Shown here in pieces: positions 43,221 to 52,804 of a DNA stretch of 64,000 nucleotides. Position numbers and translations under genes: made by a program. Position 1 is the first letter of the stretch. Each line of letters starts with the position of its first letter. The DNA is from an uncultured Pseudomonadota bacterium (lineage in GTDB: Bacteria; Pseudomonadota; Alphaproteobacteria; Acetobacterales; Acetobacteraceae): positions 364,949 to 428,948 of the forward strand of contig CAVTQY010000002.1 in NCBI GenBank assembly GCA_963736975.1, in the 5' to 3' direction. Under the pieces are notes generated by a model. It did no database searches, had not been told where the DNA came from, and saw nothing but the letters and a program-made list of their open reading frames with translations.

Positions 43221-43395
43221 CTGCGCGGGTGCGTGCAGTACACCTGGATCGCCACGCCGCCGCAATCGGCAGCGGCTCGCGATGACGTGGAGCCCGAACG
43301 CGATAACAGTTGACAGCCGCAGCGGCCGGGCCTAAGCGCCATGCCGGGTCACGCCCCCCCACCGGGGCGCTTCTCTTCTGCAAGGGAGAGCCGTC

Positions 43396-44565
43396 ATGGC
43401 AGTCGCCGCGCGTCCGGACTTGCGTCCGGCAAATCCCAATTTTTCCTCCGGCCCGTGCGCCAAGCGTCCCGGCTTTTCGCTGGAGGCGCTGGGTGGCGCG
43501 TTGCTGGCGCGCAGCCATCGCGCCGGACCGCTCAAGGCGCGACTTGCGGAGGTGATCGACCGGTCGCGGGCCATCCTGGGCATGCCGGCTGATTGGCGGC
43601 TGGCGATCGTGCCGGCCTCCGACACCGGCGCGGTGGAGATGGCGCTGTGGTCCCTGCTGGGCGCGCGCGGCGTGGATGTGCTTGCCTTCGAAAGCTTCTC
43701 CGAGGGCTGGGCCGCCGATGTGGTCAAGCAACTGAAGCTGCCCGACGCGCGGGTGCTGTCGGCGCCGTACGGGGGGCTGCCGGATCTTGCCGCGGTCGAT
43801 TTCAGCCGGGACCTCGTTTTCACCTGGAACGGCACGACGTCGGGTGTGCGGATGCCGCACGGCGCGTGGATACCGGCCGAGCGCGAGGGGTTGGTGGTTT
43901 GCGACGCCACCTCGGCGGCGTTCGCGATGGCGCTGCCGTGGGACAGGCTCGATGTCGTCACCTGGTCCTGGCAAAAGGTGCTGGGCGGCGAGGCGGCGCA
44001 CGGGATGCTGGCGCTTTCGCCCCGCGCGGCGGCTCGGCTGGAGAGTTACCAACCGGCCTGGCCGCTGCCGAAGATCTTCCGCCTGACCAAAGGCGGCAAA
44101 CTGATCGAGGGCATCTTCAAAGGCGAAACGATCAACACGCCTTCCATGCTGTGCGTGGAAGATGCGCTGGACGGGCTGCGCTGGGCGGAGGCGATCGGTG
44201 GACTGCCGGCGCTGATCGCGCGCAGCGAGGCCAACCTCGCTGCCGTCGCGGATTGGGTCGCGCGCACGCCTTGGGTTGATTTCCTCGCCGAAGACCCGGC
44301 GACGCGTTCCTGCACATCGATTTGCCTGAAGTTCACCGCGCTGGCGGCCACCGACCAAGCGCAGGCGGCGAAGCGGTTGGTTGCGCTGCTGGAGCGCGAA
44401 GGCGTCGCATTCGATATCGGCGCTTATCGCGATGCGCCGCCGGGCTTGCGTATCTGGGGCGGCGCCACGGTGGAAACCGCCGACATCGTCGCCCTGCTGC
44501 CTTGGCTGGACTGGGCTTACGCGCAGCTCGCCGCCGAACATGCGCCGGCGCGAGCCGCGGAGTAG
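43396..44565 (+). CDS. serC: Phosphoserine aminotransferase (long alphaproteobacterial form)
   Basis: 389 aa. [19 protein letters not shown]..., [16 protein letters not shown], and the position upstream of serA. Confidence 0.9.
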   Translation: MAVAARPDLRPANPNFSSGPCAKRPGFSLEALGGALLARSHRAGPLKARLAEVIDRSRAILGMPADWRLAIVPASDTGAVEMALWSLLGARGVDVLAFESFSEGWAADVVKQLKLPDARVLSAPYGGLPDLAAVDFSRDLVFTWNGTTSGVRMPHGAWIPAEREGLVVCDATSAAFAMALPWDRLDVVTWSWQKVLGGEAAHGMLALSPRAAARLESYQPAWPLPKIFRLTKGGKLIEGIFKGETINTPSMLCVEDALDGLRWAEAIGGLPALIARSEANLAAVADWVARTPWVDFLAEDPATRSCTSICLKFTALAATDQAQAAKRLVALLEREGVAFDIGAYRDAPPGLRIWGGATVETADIVALLPWLDWAYAQLAAEHAPARAAE

Positions 44566-44569
44566 GCCG

Positions 44570-46156
44570 ATGCCGAAAGTCCTGATCAGCGATAAGCTTT
44601 CCCCCGCCGCGGTGGAGATTTTCCGCAATCGCGGCATCGAGGCCGATGTAAAGCACGGCCTCTCGCCCGCCGAGTTGCGCGCGGTCATCGCACCATATGA
44701 CGGGCTGGCTATCCGTTCCGCCACGAAGGTTACGCGTGAATTGTTGGATGCGGCGCGGAGCCTGAAAGTGGTCGGCCGCGCCGGGATCGGCGTTGATAAT
44801 GTCGATGTGAAATCGGCGACGGCGCGCGGTGTGGTGGTGATGAATACGCCGCACGGCAATACGATCACGACGGCCGAACACGCGATCGCCATGATGTTTG
44901 CGCTGGCTCGGCAAATTCCCGAAGCGTCGGCTTCTACGAAAGCGGGGAGGTGGGAGAAGAACCGCTTTCTCGGCGTGGAGCTGGCCGGCAAGACGCTCGG
45001 GCTGATCGGCTGCGGCAATATCGGCTCGATCGTCGCCGATCGTGCGATCGGGCTGCGGATGCGGGTGATCGCCTACGATCCGTTCCTGTCGGAAAAAAGA
45101 GCGCTCGATCTCGGCGTGGAGAAAGTGGAACTGGAGGCGCTGTTGCAGCGCGCGGACATCATCACGCTGCACACGCCGCTGACTGAGGCGACGCGCAATA
45201 TTGTCTCGCGCGAGGCGATTGCGCAGACAAGGCGCGGTGTACGCATCATCAACTGCGCGCGCGGCGGGCTGGTCGATGAAGCGGCATTGGCGGAGGCGAT
45301 CAGGTCGGGTCATGTCGCCGGGGCCGCCCTGGATGTATTCGAGACCGAGCCGGCAACCGACAGTCCGCTGTTCGGGCTGGAGAACGTGGTGTGCACGCCG
45401 CATCTCGGCGCCGCGACGACCGAGGCGCAGGAGAATGTGGCGCTGCAGGTCGCCGAGCAGATGAGCGATTTCCTGTTGAGCGGGGCGGTGGCGAACGCGA
45501 TCAACATGCCGTCGGTTTCGGCTGAAGAGGCGCCGCGCATCACGCCCTATATGGCGCTTTGCCGGCATCTCGGGGCTTTTGCCGGGCAATTGACGCACGC
45601 GCGCGAGGGGGTGATCCGGCGAGCCGTGATCGAATACGAGGGGCACGCGGCCGAGCTCAACCATCGACCGCTGACGGCGGCCGTGCTCGCCGGGCTGTTG
45701 GCGCCGGTGATGGAAGGGGTGAACATGGTCAATGCGCCGACAGCAGCGCATGAGCGCGGCATCGATGTTGCCGAAACGGTGCACGATCGGCCGAGCGAGT
45801 ATCAGACACTGGTGCGGGTGACGATCGAGGCGGATCGGCTGACGCGCTCGGTTGCCGGGACATTGTTCGCCGGCGCGCGCCCGCGGATTGTTGAGATCAA
45901 GGGCATTCGCGTGGAGGCCGATTTCGCCTCGCACATGCTGTATGTGACCAACCAGGACAAGCCGGGTTTTATCGGCCGGTTCGGGGCGACTCTGGCGGGG
46001 GCGGGGATCAATATCGCGACCTTCCATCTCGGCCGGGCGGAGCCGGGCGGGGACGCGATCTGCCTGGTTTCGGTCGATGAGCCGGTGCCGGAGGATGTGC
46101 TGGCGATGGTGCGCACGCTGCCGCTGGTGGTGCAGGCGACGGGGTTGTCGTTTTAG
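44570..46156 (+). CDS. serA: D-3-phosphoglycerate dehydrogenase
   Basis: ORF 44381..46156, start at M64. MPKVLISDKLSPAAVEIF..., GLIGCGNIGSIVA (NAD fold), C-terminal ACT-like YVTNQDKPGFIGRFGATLAGAGINIATFHLGR. Confidence 0.95.
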   Translation: MPKVLISDKLSPAAVEIFRNRGIEADVKHGLSPAELRAVIAPYDGLAIRSATKVTRELLDAARSLKVVGRAGIGVDNVDVKSATARGVVVMNTPHGNTITTAEHAIAMMFALARQIPEASASTKAGRWEKNRFLGVELAGKTLGLIGCGNIGSIVADRAIGLRMRVIAYDPFLSEKRALDLGVEKVELEALLQRADIITLHTPLTEATRNIVSREAIAQTRRGVRIINCARGGLVDEAALAEAIRSGHVAGAALDVFETEPATDSPLFGLENVVCTPHLGAATTEAQENVALQVAEQMSDFLLSGAVANAINMPSVSAEEAPRITPYMALCRHLGAFAGQLTHAREGVIRRAVIEYEGHAAELNHRPLTAAVLAGLLAPVMEGVNMVNAPTAAHERGIDVAETVHDRPSEYQTLVRVTIEADRLTRSVAGTLFAGARPRIVEIKGIRVEADFASHMLYVTNQDKPGFIGRFGATLAGAGINIATFHLGRAEPGGDAICLVSVDEPVPEDVLAMVRTLPLVVQATGLSF

Positions 46157-46583
46157 GGAGATAATACCAGCCTCGTCTGGTGGCGGCTTTGGGCGGAGAG
46201 CCGACGTTGCCACCCGGCCGCCTCTACCAGACGCGATGACCGGTTTCAGGCAGCGGCGGCCGATCAGGGCCGCCAACCTTCACTTACCGACCCAACAACT
46301 CAGCGAAGCGCCACCGCTTCTCAGCGGCAGCCCGGCGCGCCGGTTTACGCCGCATCCCACCCGGAGTCGCGTTGTAATGCGCATTAGCGGCGGGCGGTGT
46401 GACTGGCCATGTAGCTGAGAGATCGCATGGTGGTGAGCCTTTCATGGTCCGGCAGAGTGCGTATGCGGGGGGCACGATGGAGCACTGACACAAAGCACCA
46501 AGGTCCCCCTGGTGCTCTAACAGTGCGAGATTCGTCTCCTATGAGCGACCAACCCAATGGCTTCTCGAACCTTCTCCGTCAAA

Positions 46584-46856
46584 TCAGTCCTGCCACGGAT
46601 TACGATAATTCGGATCTTGCTGCTGCCGACTCTTGACATAGTCTTGTTGGTTCTGCATTGCTTTCTGGCTCATTTGGTGCTTGTTCCATTCATGTCCAGC
46701 AATGCACCCCCCGATGGCCCCGAGCACGCCATGACCCGCCATATGACCCGCCAAGGCTCCCGCAGCGCCGCCAGATAGGCAGCCGATAGCGTTCGCTGAG
46801 GGGCTCGCCGCTGTGAGGCCCAAAACTGCTGCCGCAGCGATAAGTGCATATCGCAT
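46584..46856 (-). CDS. Small secreted glycine-zipper protein (hypothetical)
   Basis: ORF 46584..46883, start at M10. Signal MRYALIAAAAVLGLTAASPSANA, then GCLSGGAAGALAGHMAGHGVLGAIGGCIAGH. It lies in a visibly AT-richer stretch. Confidence 0.5.
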   Translation of the reverse strand: MRYALIAAAAVLGLTAASPSANAIGCLSGGAAGALAGHMAGHGVLGAIGGCIAGHEWNKHQMSQKAMQNQQDYVKSRQQQDPNYRNPWQD

Positions 46857-46872
46857 CGATAATCCCTCCATC

Positions 46873-47262
46873 TCACTTAGCATACGCTTGCTTGTGGAAC
46901 ACCATCACATCATTTTTGCTGGAAACGAGCCGCAGCACCTTCCCGCCCTGCTCCAACGTGTATTTGTCTTCCTCGACCTGGGCAGCGCCGTGCTCCTCAG
47001 TCGTTTTCGATTTCACCGGGGTGAAAACGAGCGTTCCGGTTGTGGCATTGGCTTTTTTCTGTTCGTAGGAGCCCGCCATCTCAGCCACGAGCTTGTTGCT
47101 CTGCACCGTCTGGCTGGTCCAATAACCATCCGCCAGCACGTCCATGGCAATGATCACGTTGTGACCGAGATTGGCTTCCCATTGTCCAGAAATACTTTCA
47201 TCCGCCATCGCTAGCATGGGCGTGAACGCGATGACGGCGGCGAGAAGTGCACGGCGATGCAT
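46873..47262 (-). CDS. Small secreted hypothetical protein
   Basis: 129 aa with signal MHRRALLAAVIAFTPMLAMA. No family recognised. AT-richer codon usage than the neighbours. Confidence 0.5.
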   Translation of the reverse strand: MHRRALLAAVIAFTPMLAMADESISGQWEANLGHNVIIAMDVLADGYWTSQTVQSNKLVAEMAGSYEQKKANATTGTLVFTPVKSKTTEEHGAAQVEEDKYTLEQGGKVLRLVSSKNDVMVFHKQAYAK

Positions 47263-47606
47263 GAACTTACGCTCCTGCTGTTTCTACCGACGGAAAGAGC
47301 GCCAGAACGGCGGCTAACCCTTGCCGACGAACCCAAACTATCTCTCCGTCAAGGCGACTGCAAAAGCCGAGCAGGGTCCTTCCCCTTGGCCTCATGCTGG
47401 GATGATCGAAGCCCGGCGAGGTCAGCAGCGCTCACTACAGGATCGCTGATCTGGTCGAGGATGACAAGGCGGCAGGTCGCTACCGCAGCAAAATCACTGG
47501 CTTGGGGGCTGCATAAGTCCCGGTGCGAATGACCGCAAAGGGTCGAGACCGGTCATCGGAAACCGGCCGCTGGTATAAAAGCGACTGAGCGAAGCCCCAT
47601 TCGTGG

Positions 47607-48944
47607 TCAGTCGGAGACGAAGCGCTCCAACCAGTGAATCGTGTAAGCGCCCGCGCCAAACCCGGGATCGGCAGCAATGCGCTGATGCAGCGGGATCGTG
47701 GTCTTGATCCCCACCACGACGAACTCGTCCAGGGCGCGGCGCAGCCTGGCGATCGCATCCGCGCGGGTCGGCGCGTGCACGATCAGCTTGGCCACAAGGC
47801 TGTCGTAATAGGGCGGCACCTGACAGCCGGCATAGAGCGCCGAATCGACACGCACCCCAAGCCCGCCCGGCGCGTGGAACATCGACACCCGGCCTGGCGA
47901 GGGAGCGAATGTCTCCGGGTCCTCGGCGGTGATCCGGCACTCGATCGCATGGCCGGAAAAGCCGATATCGGCCTGCGTGTAGCCGAGCCGGTCGCCGGCG
48001 GCGATGCGGATCTGTTCACGGACAAAGTCGATGCCGCAGACCATTTCGGTGACCGGGTGTTCGACCTGCAGCCTTGTGTTCATCTCGATGAAAGCGAACT
48101 GCCCGTCCTGGTAGAGGAATTCCAGCGTCCCGGCATTGCGGTAGCCGATCCGCGCCAGCGCCGCGGTCACGGTGCCACCGATGCGAGAGCGCTCATCGGC
48201 TGACAAGGCGGGCGATCCCGCCTCCTCCAGCAGCTTCTGGTGTCGGCGTTGCAGGCTGCAGTCGCGCTCGCCGAAATGCACGACGGCGCCATGTGCGTCG
48301 GCCAGCACCTGCACCTCGATGTGGCGCGGGCGATCGAGATATTTCTCGAGATAGACGGCGTCGCTGCCGAATGCCGCACGCGCCTCGGCCCGCGCGGTTT
48401 GCAGCGCCTCGGCCAGCTCATCCGGTCGGCGTGCCACTTTCATGCCGCGTCCGCCGCCGCCCGCCGCAGCCTTGACCAGCACGGGGTAGCCGACGCGGCC
48501 GGCTGCCTGCCGCGCCGCGGCGGCATCCGTGACCTCGTCGGCGGAGCCGGGGACCAGCGGCACGCCGAGGCCGGCCATCGCCGATTTGGCTGCGATCTTG
48601 TTGCCCATCATGCGGATATGCTCGGGCGAGGGGCCGATGAAGGTCAGCCCGTGCGCCTCCACCATCTCGGCGAAAGCCGCGTTTTCCGACAAAAATCCAT
48701 AACCCGGGTGGATGGCATCCGCGCCGGTGATGCTGGCGGCCGAGAGGATCGATGGGATGTTGAGGTAACTGTCTTTCGCCGGCGGCGGGCCGATGCAGAC
48801 GCTTTCATCGGCGAGGCGCACATGCATGGCTTCGGCATCCGCGGTGGAATGCACCGCGACGGTCGGGATGCCCAGCTCGCGGCAGGCGCGTTGGATGCGC
48901 AGGGCGATCTCGCCGCGATTGGCGATCAGGATCTTCTGAAACAA
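47607..48944 (-). CDS. accC: Acetyl-CoA carboxylase, biotin carboxylase subunit
   Basis: [26 protein letters not shown]..., ATP-grasp [23 protein letters not shown]. Confidence 0.95.
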   Translation of the reverse strand: MFQKILIANRGEIALRIQRACRELGIPTVAVHSTADAEAMHVRLADESVCIGPPPAKDSYLNIPSILSAASITGADAIHPGYGFLSENAAFAEMVEAHGLTFIGPSPEHIRMMGNKIAAKSAMAGLGVPLVPGSADEVTDAAAARQAAGRVGYPVLVKAAAGGGGRGMKVARRPDELAEALQTARAEARAAFGSDAVYLEKYLDRPRHIEVQVLADAHGAVVHFGERDCSLQRRHQKLLEEAGSPALSADERSRIGGTVTAALARIGYRNAGTLEFLYQDGQFAFIEMNTRLQVEHPVTEMVCGIDFVREQIRIAAGDRLGYTQADIGFSGHAIECRITAEDPETFAPSPGRVSMFHAPGGLGVRVDSALYAGCQVPPYYDSLVAKLIVHAPTRADAIARLRRALDEFVVVGIKTTIPLHQRIAADPGFGAGAYTIHWLERFVSD

Positions 48945-48948
48945 GCGG

Positions 48949-49398
48949 CTATTCCAGGATCATCAGCACCTCGCCGTATTCGACCGGGGTGCCGTTGCTG
49001 ACCAGGATGCGGGCGAGGGTGCCGGATTTCGGGGCCTTGATCTGGTTGAAGGTCTTCATGGCCTCGATCAGCAGCAAGGTCTGTCCGGCGGTGACCGTCT
49101 GGCCCAATGTCACGAAGGGCGGTGCGCCGGGTTCGGCGGCCAGATAGACCACGCCGACCATGGGGCTGGTGATCGCACCGGGATGTGCTGCTTCTTCGGG
49201 GACGGCGGCCGGCGACGGTTCGACAGCCGGCGCCGCGGCCATCCGCGGCGAGGCGGGCGGTTCTGTCGCTGTGCCCGGGGCGCGCGCCACGCGGATGCGG
49301 TAGTCCTTCTCGGCGATCTCGATCTCGGTTAGGCCGGTTTCGTGCAGGATGTCGGCGAGGGCGCGAATAGCGTCGGGGTCGAGGGGGACGCGCGTCAT
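48949..49398 (-). CDS. accB: Acetyl-CoA carboxylase, biotin carboxyl carrier protein
   Basis: ORF 48949..49929, start at M178 (49398). Pro/Ala linker and the biotinyl motif [16 protein letters not shown]. Confidence 0.9.
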   Translation of the reverse strand: MTRVPLDPDAIRALADILHETGLTEIEIAEKDYRIRVARAPGTATEPPASPRMAAAPAVEPSPAAVPEEAAHPGAITSPMVGVVYLAAEPGAPPFVTLGQTVTAGQTLLLIEAMKTFNQIKAPKSGTLARILVSNGTPVEYGEVLMILE

Positions 49399-49853
49399 CC
49401 GCCTTGCTCCAGGATCTCCGCCATGGCGGAGAGGGCGAGGGAATAACCCCGGATGCCGAGCCCGCATATCACCCCCACAGCAGCCTTGGAGACGAAGGAG
49501 TGCTGCCGGAACTCCTCGCGCCGATGAATATTGGTGACGTGGACCTCGATGACGGGCAGCTCGACCGCCAGCAAGGCGTCCATCAACGCGATCGAGGTGG
49601 TGGTGTAGCCGGCCGGGTTGATCACGATCCCCTGTGCCCGGCCGCGGCACTCCTGCACCCAGGACACCAGCTCGCCTTCGCCGTTGGTCTGGCGGAAGTC
49701 GATGGCGAGCCCCAGGCTCTCGCCGGTTTCGGCGCAGAGCTGCTCCACGTCGTCGAGTGTGGCCGAGCCGTAGAGATGCGGCTGACGCAGGCCGAGCATG
49801 TTCATGTTCGGGCCGTTCAACACGGCGATCAGCGGCAGCGGCATATCCGACAT
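49395..49853 (-). CDS. aroQ: Type II 3-dehydroquinate dehydratase
   Basis: ORF 49395..49916, start at M22. IAVLNGPNMNMLGLRQPHLYG..., INPAGYTTTSIALMDAL, VEVHVTNIHRRE. Its stop overlaps the accB start (ATGA). Confidence 0.9.
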   Translation of the reverse strand: MSDMPLPLIAVLNGPNMNMLGLRQPHLYGSATLDDVEQLCAETGESLGLAIDFRQTNGEGELVSWVQECRGRAQGIVINPAGYTTTSIALMDALLAVELPVIEVHVTNIHRREEFRQHSFVSKAAVGVICGLGIRGYSLALSAMAEILEQGG

Positions 49854-49927
49854 CGGCTTCGCGCCTAGCATGGCGGCGGAGGTTGGTCCATGCGACTGTA
49901 CCGGGTCGATCGGCACGGAAGGGTGGC

Positions 49928-50809
49928 ATGGTCCAGGTTCCGCAGCAGCAGATTCCCGGCGTGTATCACCGCCGGATCGGCGACATCGTGGTGACCGCGC
50001 TCGCCGACGGCTATCTGGACGGCACGGTCGAGGTGTTGCGCAACATCGATCATTCGGAGGCCGCCGGGATGCTGACCGCGGCGTTCCGTCCGGGCCGGCG
50101 GACCTCGGTGAACTGTTTTGCGGTGTATTCCGCCGGGCGGTTGGCGCTGATCGAGACCGGCTCCGGCAATTACCTGCAGCCGACCGCGGGGAAGCTGCGG
50201 GCCAACCTGGCGGTGGCGGGGATCAATCCAGCGGATATCGAGCGCGTGTTGCTGACGCATATGCATCCGGACCACTCGGCGGGGTTAACTGACCCGGCGA
50301 TCGGGCGGGCGCTGTTCCCCAATGCCGAGCTGGTGGTGCACGCGAATGAGCCGCGCCATTGGGATGACGACGCGGCCAAGGCGCGAGCGAGCGAGCGGGC
50401 GAAGAAACTCTATTTTGAGGCGGCGCGCGAGCAGATTGCGCCCTATCGGGACCGGTTGCGGACCTTCGATGCGGGCGGAGAGGTTTTTCCGGGGGTTATC
50501 GCCGTGCCGCTGATCGGGCATACGCCGGGGCACACGGGATATCTGATCGCCTCGGGCGGGGAGTCGCTGCTTGTTTGGGGCGATATTATCCACGTGCCGG
50601 AAATTCAGGTGCCCCGGCCGGAGGTGACGATCGAGTTCGACACCGACCCGGAGGCCGCGGCAGCCACGCGGCGACGCACGTTCGACATGGTGGCGACGGA
50701 CAAGCTGCTGATCGCCGGGATGCATGTGCATTACCCGGGCTTCGCGCATGTGGTCCGCAGCGGGAGCAGCTACGCGCTGGTGCCGGAGCCTTGGGTGCAC
50801 GCGTTCTGA
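49928..50809 (+). CDS. MBL-fold metallo-hydrolase
   Basis: ORF 49634..50809, start at M99. HxHxDH motif LLTHMHPDHSAG and later GHTPGHTGY. Confidence 0.8.
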   Translation: MVQVPQQQIPGVYHRRIGDIVVTALADGYLDGTVEVLRNIDHSEAAGMLTAAFRPGRRTSVNCFAVYSAGRLALIETGSGNYLQPTAGKLRANLAVAGINPADIERVLLTHMHPDHSAGLTDPAIGRALFPNAELVVHANEPRHWDDDAAKARASERAKKLYFEAAREQIAPYRDRLRTFDAGGEVFPGVIAVPLIGHTPGHTGYLIASGGESLLVWGDIIHVPEIQVPRPEVTIEFDTDPEAAAATRRRTFDMVATDKLLIAGMHVHYPGFAHVVRSGSSYALVPEPWVHAF

Positions 50810-50901
50810 GCGGATAGGCCAAGGGCGGCGACTTGAACCCAGCCCTCACTCGGCGCGCCTATTACGGGACCTGCCCGATCGGTACGGCTGGACGGGCTGA
50901 A

Positions 50902-50917
50902 TGCTACGTTATAACGT
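50902..50917. promoter_or_regulatory. Putative Zur box upstream of the metal ABC importer
   Basis: TGCTACGTTATAACGT contains the perfect 12-bp palindrome ACGTTATAACGT (50906-50917), 34 nt upstream of ATG 50951. A 13/16-identical sequence lies upstream of zur (55025-55040). Confidence 0.45.
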
Positions 50918-50950
50918 CTTGACGTTCATTCTCTGGTCCGGGGAAGCCGA

Positions 50951-51871
50951 ATGAAGCAGCTCTTGGCTGTGGCAGCGCTCGCGGCCTTGTTGAGCGCTGG
51001 TCCGATCGGTCAGGCGGGCGCCGAAATATCGGGGATGATCAACGCCGTCGGCGTGGAAAACGAATATGCCGACGTTATCGCGCAAATTGGCGGCAAGTAT
51101 GTGCAGATGACGGCGATTGAAACAGATCCCAACACCGATCCGCATACGTTCGAGGCCAGCCCGAAAGTCGCGGCACAGATCGCCTCCGCTGAGCTGATCG
51201 TGAAGAACGGAGTCGGCTACGACTCATGGGCAGACAAAATCATATCGGCTGCGCCAAAGGCCGATCGCAAAGTTATTGATGTCCAACAGTTGCTGGGAAT
51301 GCCCGACAGCACCCCGAACCCGCATCTGTGGTATGATCCGAAGACGATGCCGACCCTCGCGAAGGCCATCGCGGCCGACCTCTCCGCCCTGCAGCCGGTA
51401 AACGCCGCGTATTTCCAGGCGAACATGCAAAAATTCAACTCCTCGCTCCAACCCTGGACGGCGGCGATCGCATCCTTCAAAACGCAGTACGGGAACACAC
51501 TGATCGCGGTGACCGAGCCGGTCGCCGACTACCTGCTGGCGGCCATGGGGTTCAACATAGCCACCCCCTTGGGCCTGCAGGCCGCGATCATGAACGGCAC
51601 GGACCCTTCTCCTCAGGATGTCACGACACAGAACGACCTGTTCAAAAACCACAAGGTGAAGGTGTTCGCCTATAACCAGCAGGTCACAGATACCTTGACT
51701 CAGTCTTTCCTCGATCTGGCGAAGAAGAACGGGGTTCCGGTTGTCGGCGTGTATGAGACGATGCCGACGCCCGGCTACAACTACCAATCGTGGATGATGG
51801 CGGAGGTCGCCGCTCTTCGGAAGGCCGTCGCTGAAAAGGTGTCCACCGTGACGCTTGAGGCGGGACACTAG
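50951..51871 (+). CDS. Metal (Zn/Mn) ABC transporter substrate-binding protein, TroA/ZnuA family
   Basis: Signal MKQLLAVAALAALLSAGPIGQAGA, then ...VGVENEYADVIAQIGG..., DPHTFEASP, NPHLWYDP. Confidence 0.85.
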   Translation: MKQLLAVAALAALLSAGPIGQAGAEISGMINAVGVENEYADVIAQIGGKYVQMTAIETDPNTDPHTFEASPKVAAQIASAELIVKNGVGYDSWADKIISAAPKADRKVIDVQQLLGMPDSTPNPHLWYDPKTMPTLAKAIAADLSALQPVNAAYFQANMQKFNSSLQPWTAAIASFKTQYGNTLIAVTEPVADYLLAAMGFNIATPLGLQAAIMNGTDPSPQDVTTQNDLFKNHKVKVFAYNQQVTDTLTQSFLDLAKKNGVPVVGVYETMPTPGYNYQSWMMAEVAALRKAVAEKVSTVTLEAGH

Positions 51872-51971
51872 AGCATGATCGCTTCTGGCAGGCGAAGCGA
51901 TGATGCTCTAGCTCTTTGTTTAGAGCGTGATTCACGCGTTCCGACGTGTCCGCCTCAAGCGATCACGCTCT
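51870..51971. repeat. Two-module REP-like intergenic element, copy 3
   Basis: Module A is AGAGCATGATCGCTTC (51870-51885) / GAAGCGATGATGCTCT (51894-51909). Module B is AGAGCGTGATTCACGCGTTCCGACGTGTCCGCCTCAAGCGATCACGCTCT (51922-51971). It starts inside the stop codon of the SBP gene and ends 1 nt before ATG 51973. Confidence 0.85.
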
Positions 51972-51972
51972 A

Positions 51973-52797
51973 ATGCCCACGGGCGCCGGGAGCGAGGTCC
52001 TCGCTGTCCGTCAGGTGAGCGTCTCGCTTTCCGGACGCAGGATTCTACAGGACATGAATTTCGCGTTGGAGCCGGGCGAGTTCTGCGGTCTTATCGGCGC
52101 CAATGGATCGGGAAAAACGACGCTGCTGCGGACCATCCTTGGCTTCATCAAGCCCAGCCGCGGCAGCATCGCAATCGGGAGTGGCAGGCCGGCCTCGGTC
52201 GGCTACGTGCCGCAGAAGTTTACCCTCGATCCCTACATGCCGATGCGCGCGCGAGATCTTGTGGCACTCGGGTTCGATGGTCACCGGCTTGGCATTCCGC
52301 TTCCGTCGAGAGAGCGTGGGCGGAAGGTGGACGAGATGCTGGCTGCGGTCGAAGCGGCGGATTTCGCCGACCAGCGCATCGGGGCTTTATCCGGTGGGCA
52401 GCAACAGCGGGTGCTGATTGCGCACGCGCTGATCCGGCGTCCGCGCCTGCTTCTGTTGGACGAACCACTCGCCAACCTGGATATAAGAAGCATCGCCGCG
52501 ATCGTTGCGCTCTTGCGGCGCGTTTCCAGCGACTATCGGGTGACCGTCCTGCTCTCCGCCCATGACATGAACCCGCTGCTCGCGGCCATGGACCGGATCA
52601 TCTATCTGGCCAATGGGCGGGCTGCGAGCGGTCCTACCGACGACGTGGTTCGCACTGAGGTGCTGAGCAAGTTGTTCGGCTACCATATCGACGTCATCCG
52701 GGTTCATGGCCGGATCCTGGTGATCGCCGCCGACGCAGAGGACAGCATAGAAGCTGCGGTCGAGCGGCACCCCGAGCACGTGGCCCAGGTTCCATGA
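51973..52797 (+). CDS. Metal ABC transporter ATP-binding protein (TroB/ZnuC-like)
   Basis: ORF 51946..52797, ATG at M10. Walker A GANGSGKTTLL, signature LSGGQQQRV, Walker B LLLLDEP. Confidence 0.85.
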   Translation: MPTGAGSEVLAVRQVSVSLSGRRILQDMNFALEPGEFCGLIGANGSGKTTLLRTILGFIKPSRGSIAIGSGRPASVGYVPQKFTLDPYMPMRARDLVALGFDGHRLGIPLPSRERGRKVDEMLAAVEAADFADQRIGALSGGQQQRVLIAHALIRRPRLLLLDEPLANLDIRSIAAIVALLRRVSSDYRVTVLLSAHDMNPLLAAMDRIIYLANGRAASGPTDDVVRTEVLSKLFGYHIDVIRVHGRILVIAADAEDSIEAAVERHPEHVAQVP

Positions 52798-52804
52798 TCG
52801 CTTG

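Noticed and set aside
43310-43338. TTGACA-N17-TAAGCG considered as the serC promoter.
   Set aside because: The -35 is perfect but the -10 is poor, and the alphaproteobacterial sigma-70 consensus is loose. This cannot be supported from sequence alone.
43186-46276. Two very long minus-strand ORFs (610 and 647 aa) opposite serC and serA.
   Set aside because: The plus strand encodes unmistakable SerC and SerA. The antisense translations are R/P/G-rich nonsense, so these are high-GC artefacts.
48949-49929. 326-aa ORF (and likewise 58862-60313, 7575-9221, 9083-9826) taken at full track length.
   Set aside because: The N-terminal extensions are low-complexity, overlap the neighbouring gene and lack family similarity. 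Internal ATGs with SD-like sequences give canonical AccB, HisZ, PurF and CvpA N-termini.
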